From Methanobacteriaceae archaeon (GTDB lineage Archaea > Methanobacteriota > Methanobacteria > Methanobacteriales > Methanobacteriaceae), in contig JBDKVF010000039.1 in assembly GCA_039679285.1 (NCBI GenBank), positions 7,155 through 39,154 on the forward strand: a stretch of 32,000 nucleotides of DNA, read 5' to 3'. Within the stretch, counting starts at the first letter, position 1, and each line of letters begins with the position of its first letter. Position numbers and translations under genes: made by a program. Shown here in pieces: positions 19,190-29,253 of the stretch. Under the pieces are notes generated by a model that saw only the letters and a program-made list of their open reading frames with translations, was not told the origin of the DNA and ran no database searches.

Positions 19190-19587
19190 TGAAGGCCATT
19201 ACATCTAAAGTTACTAGATCACTCCCCATCGGTGCCAGACTCAGCTGTGTGGATAATACCGGAGCCCGGGAAGTAGAAATTGTAGCGGTAAAAGGTTACA
19301 AGGGCGTCCGTCGAAGGCTGGGCAGTGCTGGAGTGGGAGATATGGTGGTCATCTCGGTGAAGAAGGGAAACGTAGATATGCGCCGGGAAGTTACCACTGC
19401 CGTTATTGTAAGACAAAAAAAGGAATACCGCCGGGCCGACGGCCTGCGGGTTAAATTCGAGGACAACGCTGCGGTCATCATCAGTCCGGAAGGAGTCTTA
19501 AAGGGTTCCGAGATCCGGGGACCAGTGGCTAAGGAAGCCGCTGACCGATGGCCATCGGTGGGAAGTGCCGCCAGCATAATCGTCTAA
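19189..19587 (+). CDS. rpl14: 50S ribosomal protein L14 (uL14)
   Basis: [22 protein letters not shown]…[15 protein letters not shown]. The start overlaps the rps17 stop (taATG). Confidence 0.95.
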   Translation: MKAITSKVTRSLPIGARLSCVDNTGAREVEIVAVKGYKGVRRRLGSAGVGDMVVISVKKGNVDMRREVTTAVIVRQKKEYRRADGLRVKFEDNAAVIISPEGVLKGSEIRGPVAKEAADRWPSVGSAASIIV

Positions 19588-19599
19588 GGGTGATATTAA

Positions 19600-19953
19600 A
19601 TGTCTAAACAGCCAAGAAAACAGAGAAAATCATTTTACGGGGCACCACTACACCAGCGCCACAAGTCCGTGAGCGTCACCCTCAGCCCGGAACTCCGGGA
19701 AGAACACGACCGACGCGCCCTCCCAGTAAGAAAGGGAGATACCGTGAAGATCGTCAGGGGAGACTTCAAGGACCACGAGGGAAAGGTGCAGAAGGTGGAC
19801 CTTAAAAATTACCAGCTCCTAATTGACGGAGCATCCGTACAAAAACCAGATGGAAACCAGGTGTACCACCCGGTGCACCCCTCCAACATCATGATACTGG
19901 AGCTCAATCTGGATGATGACAAGCGGAACAAAATAATAGAGAGGAAGGGATAA
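19600..19953 (+). CDS. rpl24: 50S ribosomal protein L24 (uL24)
   Basis: [10 protein letters not shown]…[23 protein letters not shown]. The SD is 'gggtgat'. Confidence 0.95.
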   Translation: MSKQPRKQRKSFYGAPLHQRHKSVSVTLSPELREEHDRRALPVRKGDTVKIVRGDFKDHEGKVQKVDLKNYQLLIDGASVQKPDGNQVYHPVHPSNIMILELNLDDDKRNKIIERKG

Positions 19954-19955
19954 AC

Positions 19956-20684
19956 ATGGCCAAAATGGGATCAAGGAAACACTTGAAACGATACAAAGCA
20001 CCAACTCACTGGCCAATACACCCCAAAGAGGACACCTGGACAGTTAAACCAAGCCCAGGACCCCACGCCATTGAAGATTCATTACCACTCCTACTGGTGG
20101 TCCGTGACATCCTGGAACTGGCCGACACGGCCCGGGAAGCCAAGATGATCATCAACCAGGGAGATATAATGGTGGACGGTACGGTACGTAAGGACTACAA
20201 GTTTCCGGTGGGATTCATGGACGTAATCCAGATACCCAAAATCGGAAAAACTTACCGGGTGCTCCCTGATGAAAAGGGAAGACTGATCTTACACACCATC
20301 AGTGAAAAGAACCAGGAGTTCAAACTGTGCCGGGTTCAAGACAAAACCACCATCCGGGGAGGTAAACAACAACTGAACCTCCACGACGGCCGTAACTGTC
20401 TGGCCGATGGTGAATACAAAGCCGGAGACGTGGTGGTACTGCAGGTTCCTGCACAGGAAATAACCGAACGCCTGAAACTGGAAAACGGTGCCCTGGGACT
20501 CATCACCGGTGGTAAACACATTGGAGAGCTGGGAACCATCAAAGAAATCAACATCACCAAATCATCCATGCCAAACACGGTCTTAATGGAAACCGCCAAT
20601 GGGAAAAGCTTCCAAACCCTGCAGGACTACGTGTTCGTTCTGGGTAAGGACCAACCCCTGATCACCTTACCAGGGGGTAAGTAG
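19956..20684 (+). CDS. rps4e: 30S ribosomal protein S4e (eS4)
   Basis: [18 protein letters not shown]…[10 protein letters not shown]…[18 protein letters not shown]. Confidence 0.95.
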   Translation: MAKMGSRKHLKRYKAPTHWPIHPKEDTWTVKPSPGPHAIEDSLPLLLVVRDILELADTAREAKMIINQGDIMVDGTVRKDYKFPVGFMDVIQIPKIGKTYRVLPDEKGRLILHTISEKNQEFKLCRVQDKTTIRGGKQQLNLHDGRNCLADGEYKAGDVVVLQVPAQEITERLKLENGALGLITGGKHIGELGTIKEINITKSSMPNTVLMETANGKSFQTLQDYVFVLGKDQPLITLPGGK

Positions 20685-21191
20685 ATGAACCCCATGGAGG
20701 AAGTGCGAATAGCCAAGGCCACCATTAACATTGGTGTTGGTGAGGCCGGCGAACAACTGGCCCGGGCCGAGAAGCTCCTGGAGACCATCACCCACCAGAA
20801 ACCGGTGAGAACCTTCTCCAAGATCACCAACCCGGAGTTCGGAATCAGGAAGGGGCAGCCCGTAGCCTGTAAGGTTACTCTCCGTAATGAGAAGGCCCAC
20901 GATGCCGTGAAGATGGTGTTGGATGGTGTGGGTAACAAACTCCGCGCCAGCCAGTTTGACCGGAATGGAAATGTTTCTTTTGGAATAGAAGAACACATTG
21001 ACATCCCTGGCATGCGTTACGACCCGGATATTGGAATATTCGGAATGAACGTTTCTGTAACCTTTGAAAAACCGGGTTACCGGATAAAAAGACGGAAAAT
21101 TCAACGGAAACAGATCCCCCCTAAGCACCAGGTCACCGCCGAGGAGACCCAGGATTACATGCGGGATAAATTCCAGGTGAACATTAATTAA
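20685..21191 (+). CDS. rpl5: 50S ribosomal protein L5 (uL5)
   Basis: [22 protein letters not shown]…[23 protein letters not shown]. Confidence 0.95.
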   Translation: MNPMEEVRIAKATINIGVGEAGEQLARAEKLLETITHQKPVRTFSKITNPEFGIRKGQPVACKVTLRNEKAHDAVKMVLDGVGNKLRASQFDRNGNVSFGIEEHIDIPGMRYDPDIGIFGMNVSVTFEKPGYRIKRRKIQRKQIPPKHQVTAEETQDYMRDKFQVNIN

Positions 21192-21201
21192 AGGTGAAAA
21201 C

Positions 21202-21345
21202 ATGCCAAGGAAATACGGAAAGGCATCCAGAAAATGTAGAAGATGTGGGGATCACTCTGCCCTGGTACGCAGATACGGATTAATGCTCTGCCGCCAGTGC
21301 TTCCGGGAACTCGCACCTAAAATAGGATTTAAGAAGTACAATTGA
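21202..21345 (+). CDS. rps14: 30S ribosomal protein S14 (uS14), zinc-binding short type
   Basis: This gene is absent from the ORF track because it is under 60 aa. My hand translation is [47 protein letters not shown], with a CxxC…CxxC pattern. The SD 'aaggtga' is upstream, and it sits in the expected slot between L5 and S8. Confidence 0.9.
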   Translation: MPRKYGKASRKCRRCGDHSALVRRYGLMLCRQCFRELAPKIGFKKYN

Positions 21346-21354
21346 GGTGTACCT

Positions 21355-21747
21355 ATGACTCTTATGGATCCTCTAGCAAACGCCCTTACTAACATGCGTA
21401 ACAATGAAATGCAGGGAAACAATCAGTGTAACATCAGCCCTGCCTCTAAAATGATTGGCCATGTATTAAGGACCATGCAAAAGGAAGGATACATCGGTGA
21501 ATTTGAATACGTGGACGACGGCAAGGCCGGACAGTTCATTGTGGAACTAGAAGGAAATATAAACAAGTGTGGGGTTATAAAACCCCGACATGCCGTTAAA
21601 AAAGATGAATTCGAGAAATTCGAAAAAAGGTACCTGCCATCCAAGAATTTCGGTATCATGATTATGACCACCTCTCAGGGTATAATGACCCACCACGAGG
21701 CTAAGGAAAATGGTATCGGCGGCAGGTTACTGGTATATGTCTATTAG
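21355..21747 (+). CDS. rps8: 30S ribosomal protein S8 (uS8)
   Basis: [18 protein letters not shown]…GVIKPRH…GGRLLVYVY. Confidence 0.95.
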   Translation: MTLMDPLANALTNMRNNEMQGNNQCNISPASKMIGHVLRTMQKEGYIGEFEYVDDGKAGQFIVELEGNINKCGVIKPRHAVKKDEFEKFEKRYLPSKNFGIMIMTTSQGIMTHHEAKENGIGGRLLVYVY

Positions 21748-21756
21748 GTGATAATA

Positions 21757-22290
21757 ATGGCTTTAGCAGTGGTTATGAGGGAGGAAATACCCATCCCTGA
21801 GGGCATAGAAGTCACCATAGATGACATGGTGACCGTGAAAGGATCCCAGGGGGAGCTAAAGCGGAAGTTCAAACACCACAACGTAAAAATCAGTCAAGAA
21901 GACGGTTTAGTGGTGTTAGAAGTCCGTTTCCCCAAGAAGAAAGATAAAGCCATGCTGGGAACCATCAAAGCCCATATTACTAACATGATTGAAGGCCTGA
22001 CCCAGGGCTTTACCTACCGGATGAAAATCGTTTACGCTCACTTTCCCATGACCGTCAAATTAACTGGCGGTAAGGTAGTTATTGAAAACTTCCTGGGGGA
22101 ACGCTACCCCCGCACCGCCAAGGTGGTGGGAGGCGCCCAGGTAAAAATCCAGGGCGATGAGGTAACCGTCTCCGGAATTAACAAAGAAGACGTGGGACAG
22201 ACCATGGCCAACATTGAACAGGCCACTAAAATCAAGGGAAGAGACCCCCGGGTATTCCAGGATGGAATCTACCTGGTGGCTAAGGAGTGA
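21757..22290 (+). CDS. rpl6: 50S ribosomal protein L6 (uL6)
   Basis: [28 protein letters not shown]…HFPMTV. ATG 21757 follows the SD 'aggtgat'. The track GTG at 21748 lies within that SD. Confidence 0.9.
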   Translation: MALAVVMREEIPIPEGIEVTIDDMVTVKGSQGELKRKFKHHNVKISQEDGLVVLEVRFPKKKDKAMLGTIKAHITNMIEGLTQGFTYRMKIVYAHFPMTVKLTGGKVVIENFLGERYPRTAKVVGGAQVKIQGDEVTVSGINKEDVGQTMANIEQATKIKGRDPRVFQDGIYLVAKE

Positions 22291-22297
22291 TCCTTAA

Positions 22298-22624
22298 ATG
22301 AACAAACCAAAATTCAGGAGACAGGAATGGTTCCGCTACAAGAAACTGGGAACCAAATGGAGAAGAGCCAGGGGAAAAACCAGCAAAACCCGCCGATACG
22401 AAGGCAGAAAACCGGCCATGCCCACGGTAGGATACCGAACCCCCAAAGAATCCCGAGGACTTCACCCTTCCGGATACCAGGATGTCCTGGTGTCTAACCT
22501 TAAAGATCTGGAAGGACTGGACCCGGAGAAAGAGGCTGGCCGCATCAGTTCTACCGTCGGAGACAGGAAAAGGGAATTAATACTCACCCGGGCCAAAGAG
22601 CTGGGAGTGAAGATCCTGAACTAG
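22298..22624 (+). CDS. rpl32e: 50S ribosomal protein L32e (eL32)
   Basis: KPKFRRQEWFRYKKLGTKWRRARG…GLHPSGY. The SD is 'aaggagtgat'. Confidence 0.95.
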   Translation: MNKPKFRRQEWFRYKKLGTKWRRARGKTSKTRRYEGRKPAMPTVGYRTPKESRGLHPSGYQDVLVSNLKDLEGLDPEKEAGRISSTVGDRKRELILTRAKELGVKILN

Positions 22625-22816
22625 AACTGTTGTAAATTAGAAACCCCCAAGGGGGCTCTATTTTACACTGGCTAATACAAGTGATAAACGAGAAAAATAA
22701 AAAAAAGAGGATGCAAGGGACAAAACAAATTTAATCAGCATCCCATCCCCCCCAGATTAGGGGTGGATTAGAAATTTTAACTCAACCTCAAGGGAGGTTG
22801 AAGGGGAGGTTTCTTT

Positions 22817-23263
22817 ATGAATCTTACTACTCAAAAGAGGCTAGCTGCAGAGATCCTAAAAGTAGGAGTTAACAGGGTATGGATAGACCCGGACCACTCG
22901 GAAGAGGTGTCCCAGGCCATAACCCGTGAAGGAGTTAAAAAACTCATAGCCGACGGCGCCATAAAAGCCCGGCCTAAAAAGGGGATCAGCAGTTACCGTT
23001 CAAAGAAAATAGCACAACAGAAAAGCAAAGGAAGAAGGAAAGGCCGAGGAAGCATCAAGGGTGCTAAGGGGGCCAGAAACCCCAAGAAAAAGGCCTGGAT
23101 GACCACGATCAGGGCGCTGAGAACTGACCTGAAGGACATGAGGGATAACCGGGAGATAAACCGGACCACCTACCGTAAGCTGTACAAAATGGCTAAGGGT
23201 GGAGCATTCCGAAGTAAGTCCTACATGAAAACCTACGCCCGGGACCACGACCTACTAAGATAA
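22817..23263 (+). CDS. rpl19e: 50S ribosomal protein L19e (eL19)
   Basis: MNLTTQKRLAAEILKVGVNRVWIDPD… The SD is 'ggggaggt'. Unusually, a 192-nt non-coding spacer precedes it. Confidence 0.95.
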   Translation: MNLTTQKRLAAEILKVGVNRVWIDPDHSEEVSQAITREGVKKLIADGAIKARPKKGISSYRSKKIAQQKSKGRRKGRGSIKGAKGARNPKKKAWMTTIRALRTDLKDMRDNREINRTTYRKLYKMAKGGAFRSKSYMKTYARDHDLLR

Positions 23264-23275
23264 GGGGGAATTGAA

Positions 23276-23860
23276 GTGGCACACGGATCAAGATATAAAG
23301 TAGCATTCAGAAGACGAAGAGAAGGAAAAACTAATTACGGGGCCAGGTTAAAACTTATCAGCCTAGATCACTACCGATTGGTGGTTAGATCCAGCAGTCA
23401 ACACACCCTGGTCCAGATCATCAAGGTACACCCCGATGGAGACCAGACCCTGGTGGCCGCTCATTCCCAGGAAATTAAGGGCCTGGGCTGGCTGGGCAGT
23501 GGAAAAAACACCTCCGCCGCCTACCTGACCGGATTCCTGTGCGGTAAAAAAGCCCTGCAGGAAGGTATTGACGAGGCAATTCTGGATTCGGGACTTAAAA
23601 CTTCCATTAACGGTTCTAAAATATACGCCGCCCTGAAGGGAGCAGTGGACGCCGGGATGAACATCCCCCACAACCAGTCCATACTACCCCCTGAAGAGAG
23701 GATAAGGGGAGAACACGTGGCAGCCTACGCCCAATCTCTGGATAAAGCCGAGATGGAGAAGAAATTCTCCCAGTACCTGAAGAAGGGCCTGGCACCGGAA
23801 GAGTTACCGGATCATTTTGAATCCATAAAACAAAAAATAGAAGCCGAGGTAAAATTATGA
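23276..23860 (+). CDS. rpl18: 50S ribosomal protein L18 (uL18)
   Basis: (M)[20 protein letters not shown]. It has a GTG start after 'agggggaa'. Confidence 0.9.
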   Translation: MAHGSRYKVAFRRRREGKTNYGARLKLISLDHYRLVVRSSSQHTLVQIIKVHPDGDQTLVAAHSQEIKGLGWLGSGKNTSAAYLTGFLCGKKALQEGIDEAILDSGLKTSINGSKIYAALKGAVDAGMNIPHNQSILPPEERIRGEHVAAYAQSLDKAEMEKKFSQYLKKGLAPEELPDHFESIKQKIEAEVKL

Positions 23861-24618
23861 CTAACGGAGGCAACAGGGGTAACCGTGGCGGAGGCAGTGG
23901 TAACCGTGGCGGAAGCGGACAAAACCGTGGAGGCCGAGGCGGCCGAGGCGGCCGTGGAGGTCGCGGAAACCGTAACCAAAACTACGAGAAACCAGAATGG
24001 GAGCCCAAAACCAACCTGGGCCGCATGGTAAAGGAAGGCAGCATCACATCCATTGATGAGATCTTCGACCGTGGACTGCCCATCATGGAACTGGAAATCA
24101 TCAACCACCTTCTACCTGACCTGGAAGAAGAAGTAATGGATGTTAACCTGGTGCAGCGTATGCACAAATCAGGAAGAAAGGTTAACTTCCGGGTAATCGT
24201 GGCCGTAGGAAACAAAAACGGTTACGTGGGATTAGGACAGGGCAAAGCCAAAGAAGTAGGCCCTGCCATAAGAAAAGCAGTTGATAACGCTAAATTTAAC
24301 GTCATCAAAGTCCGAAGGGGCTGCGGTGACTGGGGATGTGTCTGCGGCCGGGAACATACGGTGCCCTTCAAGGTGGAAGGTAAAGCCGGCAGTGTAAGAG
24401 TAACTCTCATACCCGCCCCGGGAGGAGTGGGACTGGCCATAGGTGACGTGGGTAAAACCATCCTGGGCCTGGCTGGAATTGACGATTTATGGAGTCAGAC
24501 CAGTGGACAAACCCAGACCACCATCAACTTCGCCAACGCTGTATTCGCAGCATTAACAGAATTAAGCAAAGTTAAGGCCACCTCCAAGGACCTTAAAAAC
24601 CTAGGAGTATGTGTGTAA
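23857..24618 (+). CDS. rps5: 30S ribosomal protein S5 (uS5) with an N-terminal RGG-repeat extension
   Basis: The core is [24 protein letters not shown]…[23 protein letters not shown]. It is preceded by about 40 aa of N/R/G repeats. The start ATGA overlaps the rpl18 stop. Confidence 0.9.
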   Translation: MTNGGNRGNRGGGSGNRGGSGQNRGGRGGRGGRGGRGNRNQNYEKPEWEPKTNLGRMVKEGSITSIDEIFDRGLPIMELEIINHLLPDLEEEVMDVNLVQRMHKSGRKVNFRVIVAVGNKNGYVGLGQGKAKEVGPAIRKAVDNAKFNVIKVRRGCGDWGCVCGREHTVPFKVEGKAGSVRVTLIPAPGGVGLAIGDVGKTILGLAGIDDLWSQTSGQTQTTINFANAVFAALTELSKVKATSKDLKNLGVCV

Positions 24619-24619
24619 C

Positions 24620-25075
24620 ATGCTGGCCGCAGTACGAGTCCGGGGCCGGACCGGAATCAAGGGTGACATCAGTGACACCCTGGACATGCTCCGCCTGACC
24701 CGCATCAACCACGCCGTCCTGGTACCGGAAACACCCAGCTTTCTGGGAATGCTCCGCAAAGCCAAGGATTATATCACCTGGGGAGAAATCGACCAGGAAA
24801 CCCTGGAGGAACTCCTGGAAAAGAGGGCCATGCTACCCGGACGGGAGAAGGTCACCACAGACTACCTGAAGGAAACCGAGTACCAATCAATCCAGAAACT
24901 GGCCCAAGCCCTCCTGGACGAAAAAACCCAGCTGGAAGAGGTGGGCCTGAAACCAATCTTCCGACTACACCCACCCCGTAAAGGACACAAAGACACTAAA
25001 AAGACCTTTAACGAGGGCGGAACTCTGGGATACCGGGGAGAAGGGATAAACCTCTTACTAAAACAGATGGTGTAA
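24620..25075 (+). CDS. rpl30: 50S ribosomal protein L30 (uL30)
   Basis: [35 protein letters not shown]. The ATG at 24620 starts 2 nt after the rps5 stop. Confidence 0.9.
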   Translation: MLAAVRVRGRTGIKGDISDTLDMLRLTRINHAVLVPETPSFLGMLRKAKDYITWGEIDQETLEELLEKRAMLPGREKVTTDYLKETEYQSIQKLAQALLDEKTQLEEVGLKPIFRLHPPRKGHKDTKKTFNEGGTLGYRGEGINLLLKQMV

Positions 25076-25121
25076 TTCCCATCCCTTTATAAATTTTTAA
25101 AATATAATTAGGGTGAAGCTT

Positions 25122-25559
25122 ATGATAAGAAAAAGTCGTAAAATAAACAAACTGCGAGGATCCCGAACCAATGGTGGTGGCTGCTCCAAGATGAGAAGGG
25201 GAGCCGGTCACCGTGGTGGAAGGGGAAACTCTGGACTGCACAAGCACATGTGGTCCTGGGTGGTGAAATACGATCCTCAGCACTTTGGTAAGTACGGATT
25301 CAAAAGACCCCAAAAAGCAGTGTTCAAATTCCAAGCCGTGAACCTGGACTTTTTAGATGAAAAGGCCCAGGAACTGGTGAATAATGGGCAGGCCACTGAA
25401 GAAGGCGGCAAAATAGTAATCGATGTAACCGAGATGGGTTACAACAAGGTACTGGGTCGGGGTAAATTAACCCAGGCTCTGGTAATTAAATCTCCCCTCT
25501 TCTCCCAGAGTGCCCTGCGGAAGATTGAAGAAGCAGGCGGAGAAGCTGTGAACCTCTAA
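25122..25559 (+). CDS. rpl15: 50S ribosomal protein L15 (uL15)
   Basis: MIRKSRKINKLRGSRTNGGG…GAGHRGGRGNSG. ATG 25122 follows the SD 'gggtga'. Confidence 0.9.
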   Translation: MIRKSRKINKLRGSRTNGGGCSKMRRGAGHRGGRGNSGLHKHMWSWVVKYDPQHFGKYGFKRPQKAVFKFQAVNLDFLDEKAQELVNNGQATEEGGKIVIDVTEMGYNKVLGRGKLTQALVIKSPLFSQSALRKIEEAGGEAVNL

Positions 25560-25593
25560 ATCCATATAATCATTTATATCAATAGGAGTGAAC

Positions 25594-26940
25594 ATGAAGG
25601 AAATATTCCAGCCCATCTTCTCCATCCTGCCCCAGGTAAGGTCTCCTTCCTACCGGGTGCCCTTCAAGGAGAAGCTTAAATGGACGGGTGTAATACTAAT
25701 TCTCTACTTCGTACTGGGACAAATAGCCCTATTCGGCCTCAGTCCCACGGCAGTGGACCAGTTTGCCCAGTTACGTGCAGTGTTAGCCGGTGAATTCGGT
25801 TCCATCATCACCCTGGGTATAGGGCCCATAGTATCAGCCTCCATTATCCTGCAACTACTGGTGGGTGGTGGAATACTGAAGCTGGATTTGTCCACCCATG
25901 AGGATAAGGCCTTCTTCCAGGGACTGCAGAAAACCCTGGCCATCGTGTTCACTTTATTTGAAGCCGCGGTACTGGTATTCACCGGCACCCTGGCTGCCTC
26001 CTCACCCTCTCTGACCTGGCTGGTGATCCTCCAGATATTCATCGGAGGATTGCTGATCATCTTCCTGGATGAGGTGGTCTCTAAGTGGGGATTCGGAAGT
26101 GGTGTGGGTCTGTTCATTGCCGCAGGAGTGGCGCAGCAGATCATAGTAGGATCCTTAAACCCCCTATCCGCACCTGGACAACCCGGAGTACCCTCCGGGG
26201 CAATACCCCAATTCTTCTACTCCCTGACCACCAGTCAACCCGACTTCTCCTTACTACTGCCGGTGTTATCCGTCATCGTAGTGTTCCTGGTGGTGGTCTA
26301 CGCCCAGAGTATGCGGGTGGAAATACCCCTCAGCTACGGGGGAGTTAAGGGAGCCCGGGGAAAATATCCTCTTAAATTCATATACGCCAGTAACATGCCG
26401 GTTATCCTGGCCAGCGCCCTGCTCTTAAACGTGCAGTTATTCGCAGCTCTCTTCCAGAAGTTGGGTCTCCCAATCCTGGGACAGGTGTCCAATGGCCAGG
26501 CCATCAGTGGTGTGGCCTACTACCTCACCACCCCTACTAGCTTGGGAGTGCTCTTCACCGACCCCCTGCGGGTGCTGGTGTACGGAGTAGTTTTCATAGT
26601 ACTCTGTGTGCTTTTCTCCTGGCTATGGGTGGAACTATCCGGTATTGGCCCCAAACAGGTGGCCAAACAGTTACACGGTATGGGCATGCAGATACCTGGA
26701 TTTCGTAGCAGCCGCACCCAGTTCGAGCGCATACTCAAAAAGTACATACCAGTGATAACCGTGATGGGTGGGGCCTTCGTAGGATTATTAGCCTTCGGAG
26801 CAGATCTGACTTCCGCCTTGGGTGGAGGTACCGGGGTACTGTTAACTGTGGGTATTGTGTATCAATTATATGAGGAAATAGCCCAGGAACAGTTAATGGA
26901 CATGCACCCCATGCTCCGAAACTTCTTAGGTGGTGATTAA
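25594..26940 (+). CDS. secY: Protein translocase subunit SecY
   Basis: It is a 10-TM-type polytopic protein (…LKWTGVILILYFVLGQI…, GIGPIVSASIILQLL, …GTGVLLTVGIVYQLYEEI) in the expected position after L15. The ATG follows 'aggagtg'. Confidence 0.9.
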   Translation: MKEIFQPIFSILPQVRSPSYRVPFKEKLKWTGVILILYFVLGQIALFGLSPTAVDQFAQLRAVLAGEFGSIITLGIGPIVSASIILQLLVGGGILKLDLSTHEDKAFFQGLQKTLAIVFTLFEAAVLVFTGTLAASSPSLTWLVILQIFIGGLLIIFLDEVVSKWGFGSGVGLFIAAGVAQQIIVGSLNPLSAPGQPGVPSGAIPQFFYSLTTSQPDFSLLLPVLSVIVVFLVVVYAQSMRVEIPLSYGGVKGARGKYPLKFIYASNMPVILASALLLNVQLFAALFQKLGLPILGQVSNGQAISGVAYYLTTPTSLGVLFTDPLRVLVYGVVFIVLCVLFSWLWVELSGIGPKQVAKQLHGMGMQIPGFRSSRTQFERILKKYIPVITVMGGAFVGLLAFGADLTSALGGGTGVLLTVGIVYQLYEEIAQEQLMDMHPMLRNFLGGD

Positions 26941-26942
26941 AG

Positions 26943-27503
26943 ATGAAAGTTGTGGTAGTAGCAGGAATACCTGGATCAGGAAGTACAACCGTATTGGAAA
27001 ACGCCCTGGAAGACCTGGACTATGTCCAGGTGAACTATGGGGATGTCATGCTGGAAATAGCCCAAGGCAAGGGCCTGGTGAAGCACCGGGATAGCATGCG
27101 CAAGTTAGATCCCGACGTCCAGAAACAGGTCCAGATGGAAGCTGCCCAGGAGATACATAAACGTTCCCTGGATAATAACATCATCGTGGACACCCACTGC
27201 ACCATAAAAACACCCAACGGATTCCTACCCGGACTACCCCGCTGGGTCCTGGAAGACCTGAAGCCCGACCAGTTCATACTAATCGAGGCCGATGGTGATG
27301 AAATATTGATGCGTCGGGTTTCAGACGTAACCCGCAGCCGGGACACCGAACGCCTGGAGGCCATTAACCTGCATCAGGAGATGAACCGGGCCACCGCCAT
27401 GGCCTACGCCGTATACACCGGAGCCACCGTCAAGATCATACCCAATCACAACCAGCGCCTGGATGAGGCGGTGGAGATGATGAGGGAAACCTTAGTTAAT
27501 TAA
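26943..27503 (+). CDS. adkA: Adenylate kinase, archaeal type
   Basis: MKVVVVAGIPGSGSTTV carries a P-loop, and …DTHCTIKTPNGFLPGLP… follows. The SecY-Adk order is conserved. Confidence 0.9.
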   Translation: MKVVVVAGIPGSGSTTVLENALEDLDYVQVNYGDVMLEIAQGKGLVKHRDSMRKLDPDVQKQVQMEAAQEIHKRSLDNNIIVDTHCTIKTPNGFLPGLPRWVLEDLKPDQFILIEADGDEILMRRVSDVTRSRDTERLEAINLHQEMNRATAMAYAVYTGATVKIIPNHNQRLDEAVEMMRETLVN

Positions 27504-27567
27504 ACCTGAAAATGAAATTTAAGAAAAAAACCGATTTAAAAATGGTTTACAAGAGGATGAGAAAAAA

Positions 27568-28140
27568 ATGGTACTGGAATTTATAACTGAGCCCATCTTT
27601 GGGGCCCTCAACACGGCTTTAATGCCCCTGATAACTGCAGTGGGACCCATAGTGACCATATTTATAATTGCTGCCGTGGTGGCCTTCTTCATCACCCTGG
27701 TCAACAAGTTACTGGTGGATCAGGATCGCCTGGAAGCGATGCAGAAGGAGATGAAGGTATACCAATCGGAAATGATGGCCGCCCAGAAATCAGGTGACCA
27801 GGCGCAGATGGAAAAGATGAAGAAAAAGCAGGCGGAATTCATGAAACTCCAACAGGAGATGATGGGTAACAGTTTCAAGCCCATGATCGTAACCATGGTC
27901 CCCATCCTACTGGTATTCTGGTGGATGGCCACTGTACCGGCTATAACCAACTTCTACATGGTAATACCGACCGTAACCTACTACACCCTGTTAGTACCCC
28001 TCTTCCACATGTTCTACCACCCCTCGGCCTTCGTACCTGCCGGTGTAATGGCCATAGAATGGCTGGGATGGTACATCCTATGTTCCTTTTCCTTCTCACT
28101 GGTATTCCGTAAGTACCTGGGAATGAAGGGAGGAATGTAA
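27568..28140 (+). CDS. DUF106-family membrane protein (archaeal YidC/Oxa1/EMC3-like insertase candidate)
   Basis: Three TM segments flank a charged coiled region (DQDRLEAMQKEMKVYQSEMMAAQKSGDQAQMEKMKKKQAEFMKLQQEMM). This is the typical DUF106 architecture, in the conserved position after adk. Confidence 0.75.
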   Translation: MVLEFITEPIFGALNTALMPLITAVGPIVTIFIIAAVVAFFITLVNKLLVDQDRLEAMQKEMKVYQSEMMAAQKSGDQAQMEKMKKKQAEFMKLQQEMMGNSFKPMIVTMVPILLVFWWMATVPAITNFYMVIPTVTYYTLLVPLFHMFYHPSAFVPAGVMAIEWLGWYILCSFSFSLVFRKYLGMKGGM

Positions 28141-28201
28141 GACAATAGAATATTTTACACTCACCACCTGACGAACAAAAAAAATTAGGAAAAGATCAAA
28201 A

Positions 28202-28468
28202 ATGCCACAGTTAAGACACCGATCCAGATCATATAAAAGAACCTTTAAGAAAACCCCGGGAGGAAAAACAGTCCTCCACTACAAGAAGAAGAAGCCCTCC
28301 AAGCATGTATGTGCCGAGTGCGGCAAACTACTCCATGGAGTGCCACGGGGAAGACCCTACCAAATAAGAAAATTAGCCAAATCCAAGAGAAGGCCTAACC
28401 GGCCCTACGGAGGATATCTCTGTACCGAGTGCAGCCGAAAGGTCTTCAAAGAACAGGCCCGGTCCTAG
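28202..28468 (+). CDS. rpl34e: 50S ribosomal protein L34e (eL34)
   Basis: [43 protein letters not shown]. Confidence 0.9.
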   Translation: MPQLRHRSRSYKRTFKKTPGGKTVLHYKKKKPSKHVCAECGKLLHGVPRGRPYQIRKLAKSKRRPNRPYGGYLCTECSRKVFKEQARS

Positions 28469-28472
28469 AGAG

Positions 28473-28991
28473 ATGATAATTACCATCGGAGGATTGGCTG
28501 GAACTGGCACCAGTACCGTGGCCAGCATCCTGTCTGAGAAAATGGGGATCCCCTACCTCTCGGCCGGAGACATATTCCGTCAGATGGCCGCGGAGAAGGG
28601 CATGGATGTTCTGTCTTTCAGCAAGTTCGCCGAGGGTAACAATGATATTGACCGTGAAATAGACCAGCGCCAGGCCCAGGCCGCCGGTGAAGCCCAGAAC
28701 CTCATTGTAGAGGGAAGGTTGTCCGCTTACTTCGTGGATGCCCCACTCAAAACCTGGCTCACCGCCCCCCTGGACGTCCGCAGTGTGCGCATCAGCCACC
28801 GGGAGGACAAGCCCGTGGAGCTGGTCCGAGAAGAAATATTAACCAGAGAAAAAAGCGAGGCCAAACGCTACCAGGAGATACATAACCTGGACATTGGGGA
28901 TATGGAGGTTTACCACCTCATCATCAACACCGTGAGGTTCGATGCCCCAGGAGTGGCCCAGATCATAGAAAAAGCAGTAGAGGTGATATGA
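28473..28991 (+). CDS. cmk: Cytidylate kinase, archaeal type
   Basis: MIITIGGLAGTGTSTVASILSEKMGIPYLSAGDIFR carries a P-loop. Confidence 0.85.
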   Translation: MIITIGGLAGTGTSTVASILSEKMGIPYLSAGDIFRQMAAEKGMDVLSFSKFAEGNNDIDREIDQRQAQAAGEAQNLIVEGRLSAYFVDAPLKTWLTAPLDVRSVRISHREDKPVELVREEILTREKSEAKRYQEIHNLDIGDMEVYHLIINTVRFDAPGVAQIIEKAVEVI

Positions 28992-29218
28992 TGCCAGCAA
29001 TAGAAATAGGAAGAGTATGCATCAAAACCGCCGGTAGAGAAGCCGGCCAGAAATGTGTGATAGTAGAGATCATCGATGAAAAATTCGTGGAAGTAGTGGG
29101 AGGTTCCCTCAAGAACCGCCGGTGTAACATCAAGCACCTGGAACCCACCACCCAGTCCCTGGAACTCAAATCTGATGATGCTGAAGAGATAGCCAAGCAA
29201 CTGGAAGCCGAGGCTTAA
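28988..29218 (+). CDS. rpl14e: 50S ribosomal protein L14e (eL14)
   Basis: MPAIEIGRVCIKTAGREAGQKCVIVEIIDEKFVEV. There are tandem ATGs at 28988 and 28991, so the start is ambiguous by one codon. Confidence 0.85.
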   Translation: MMPAIEIGRVCIKTAGREAGQKCVIVEIIDEKFVEVVGGSLKNRRCNIKHLEPTTQSLELKSDDAEEIAKQLEAEA

Positions 29219-29253
29219 AATTCTTTTAAGCCCCTAAACTTTTGAGGACATTC

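Noticed and set aside
20667-21203. 178-aa minus-strand ORF, and 20627..21013.
   Set aside because: They are antisense to rpl5 and the rps4e 3' end. They have no SD and no recognisable product, so they are shadow ORFs.
25704-26144. 146-aa minus-strand ORF and 26085..26348 (+) inside secY; likewise 29306..29698 (+), 29521..29997 (-) and 29645..29905 (-) inside cbf5; and 8210..8712 (+) and 9122..9414 (+) inside pycA.
   Set aside because: All of them lie within strongly supported genes in other frames or on the other strand. Their products are Pro/Arg/Gly/Ser-rich, as expected from off-frame reading of GC-rich coding DNA.
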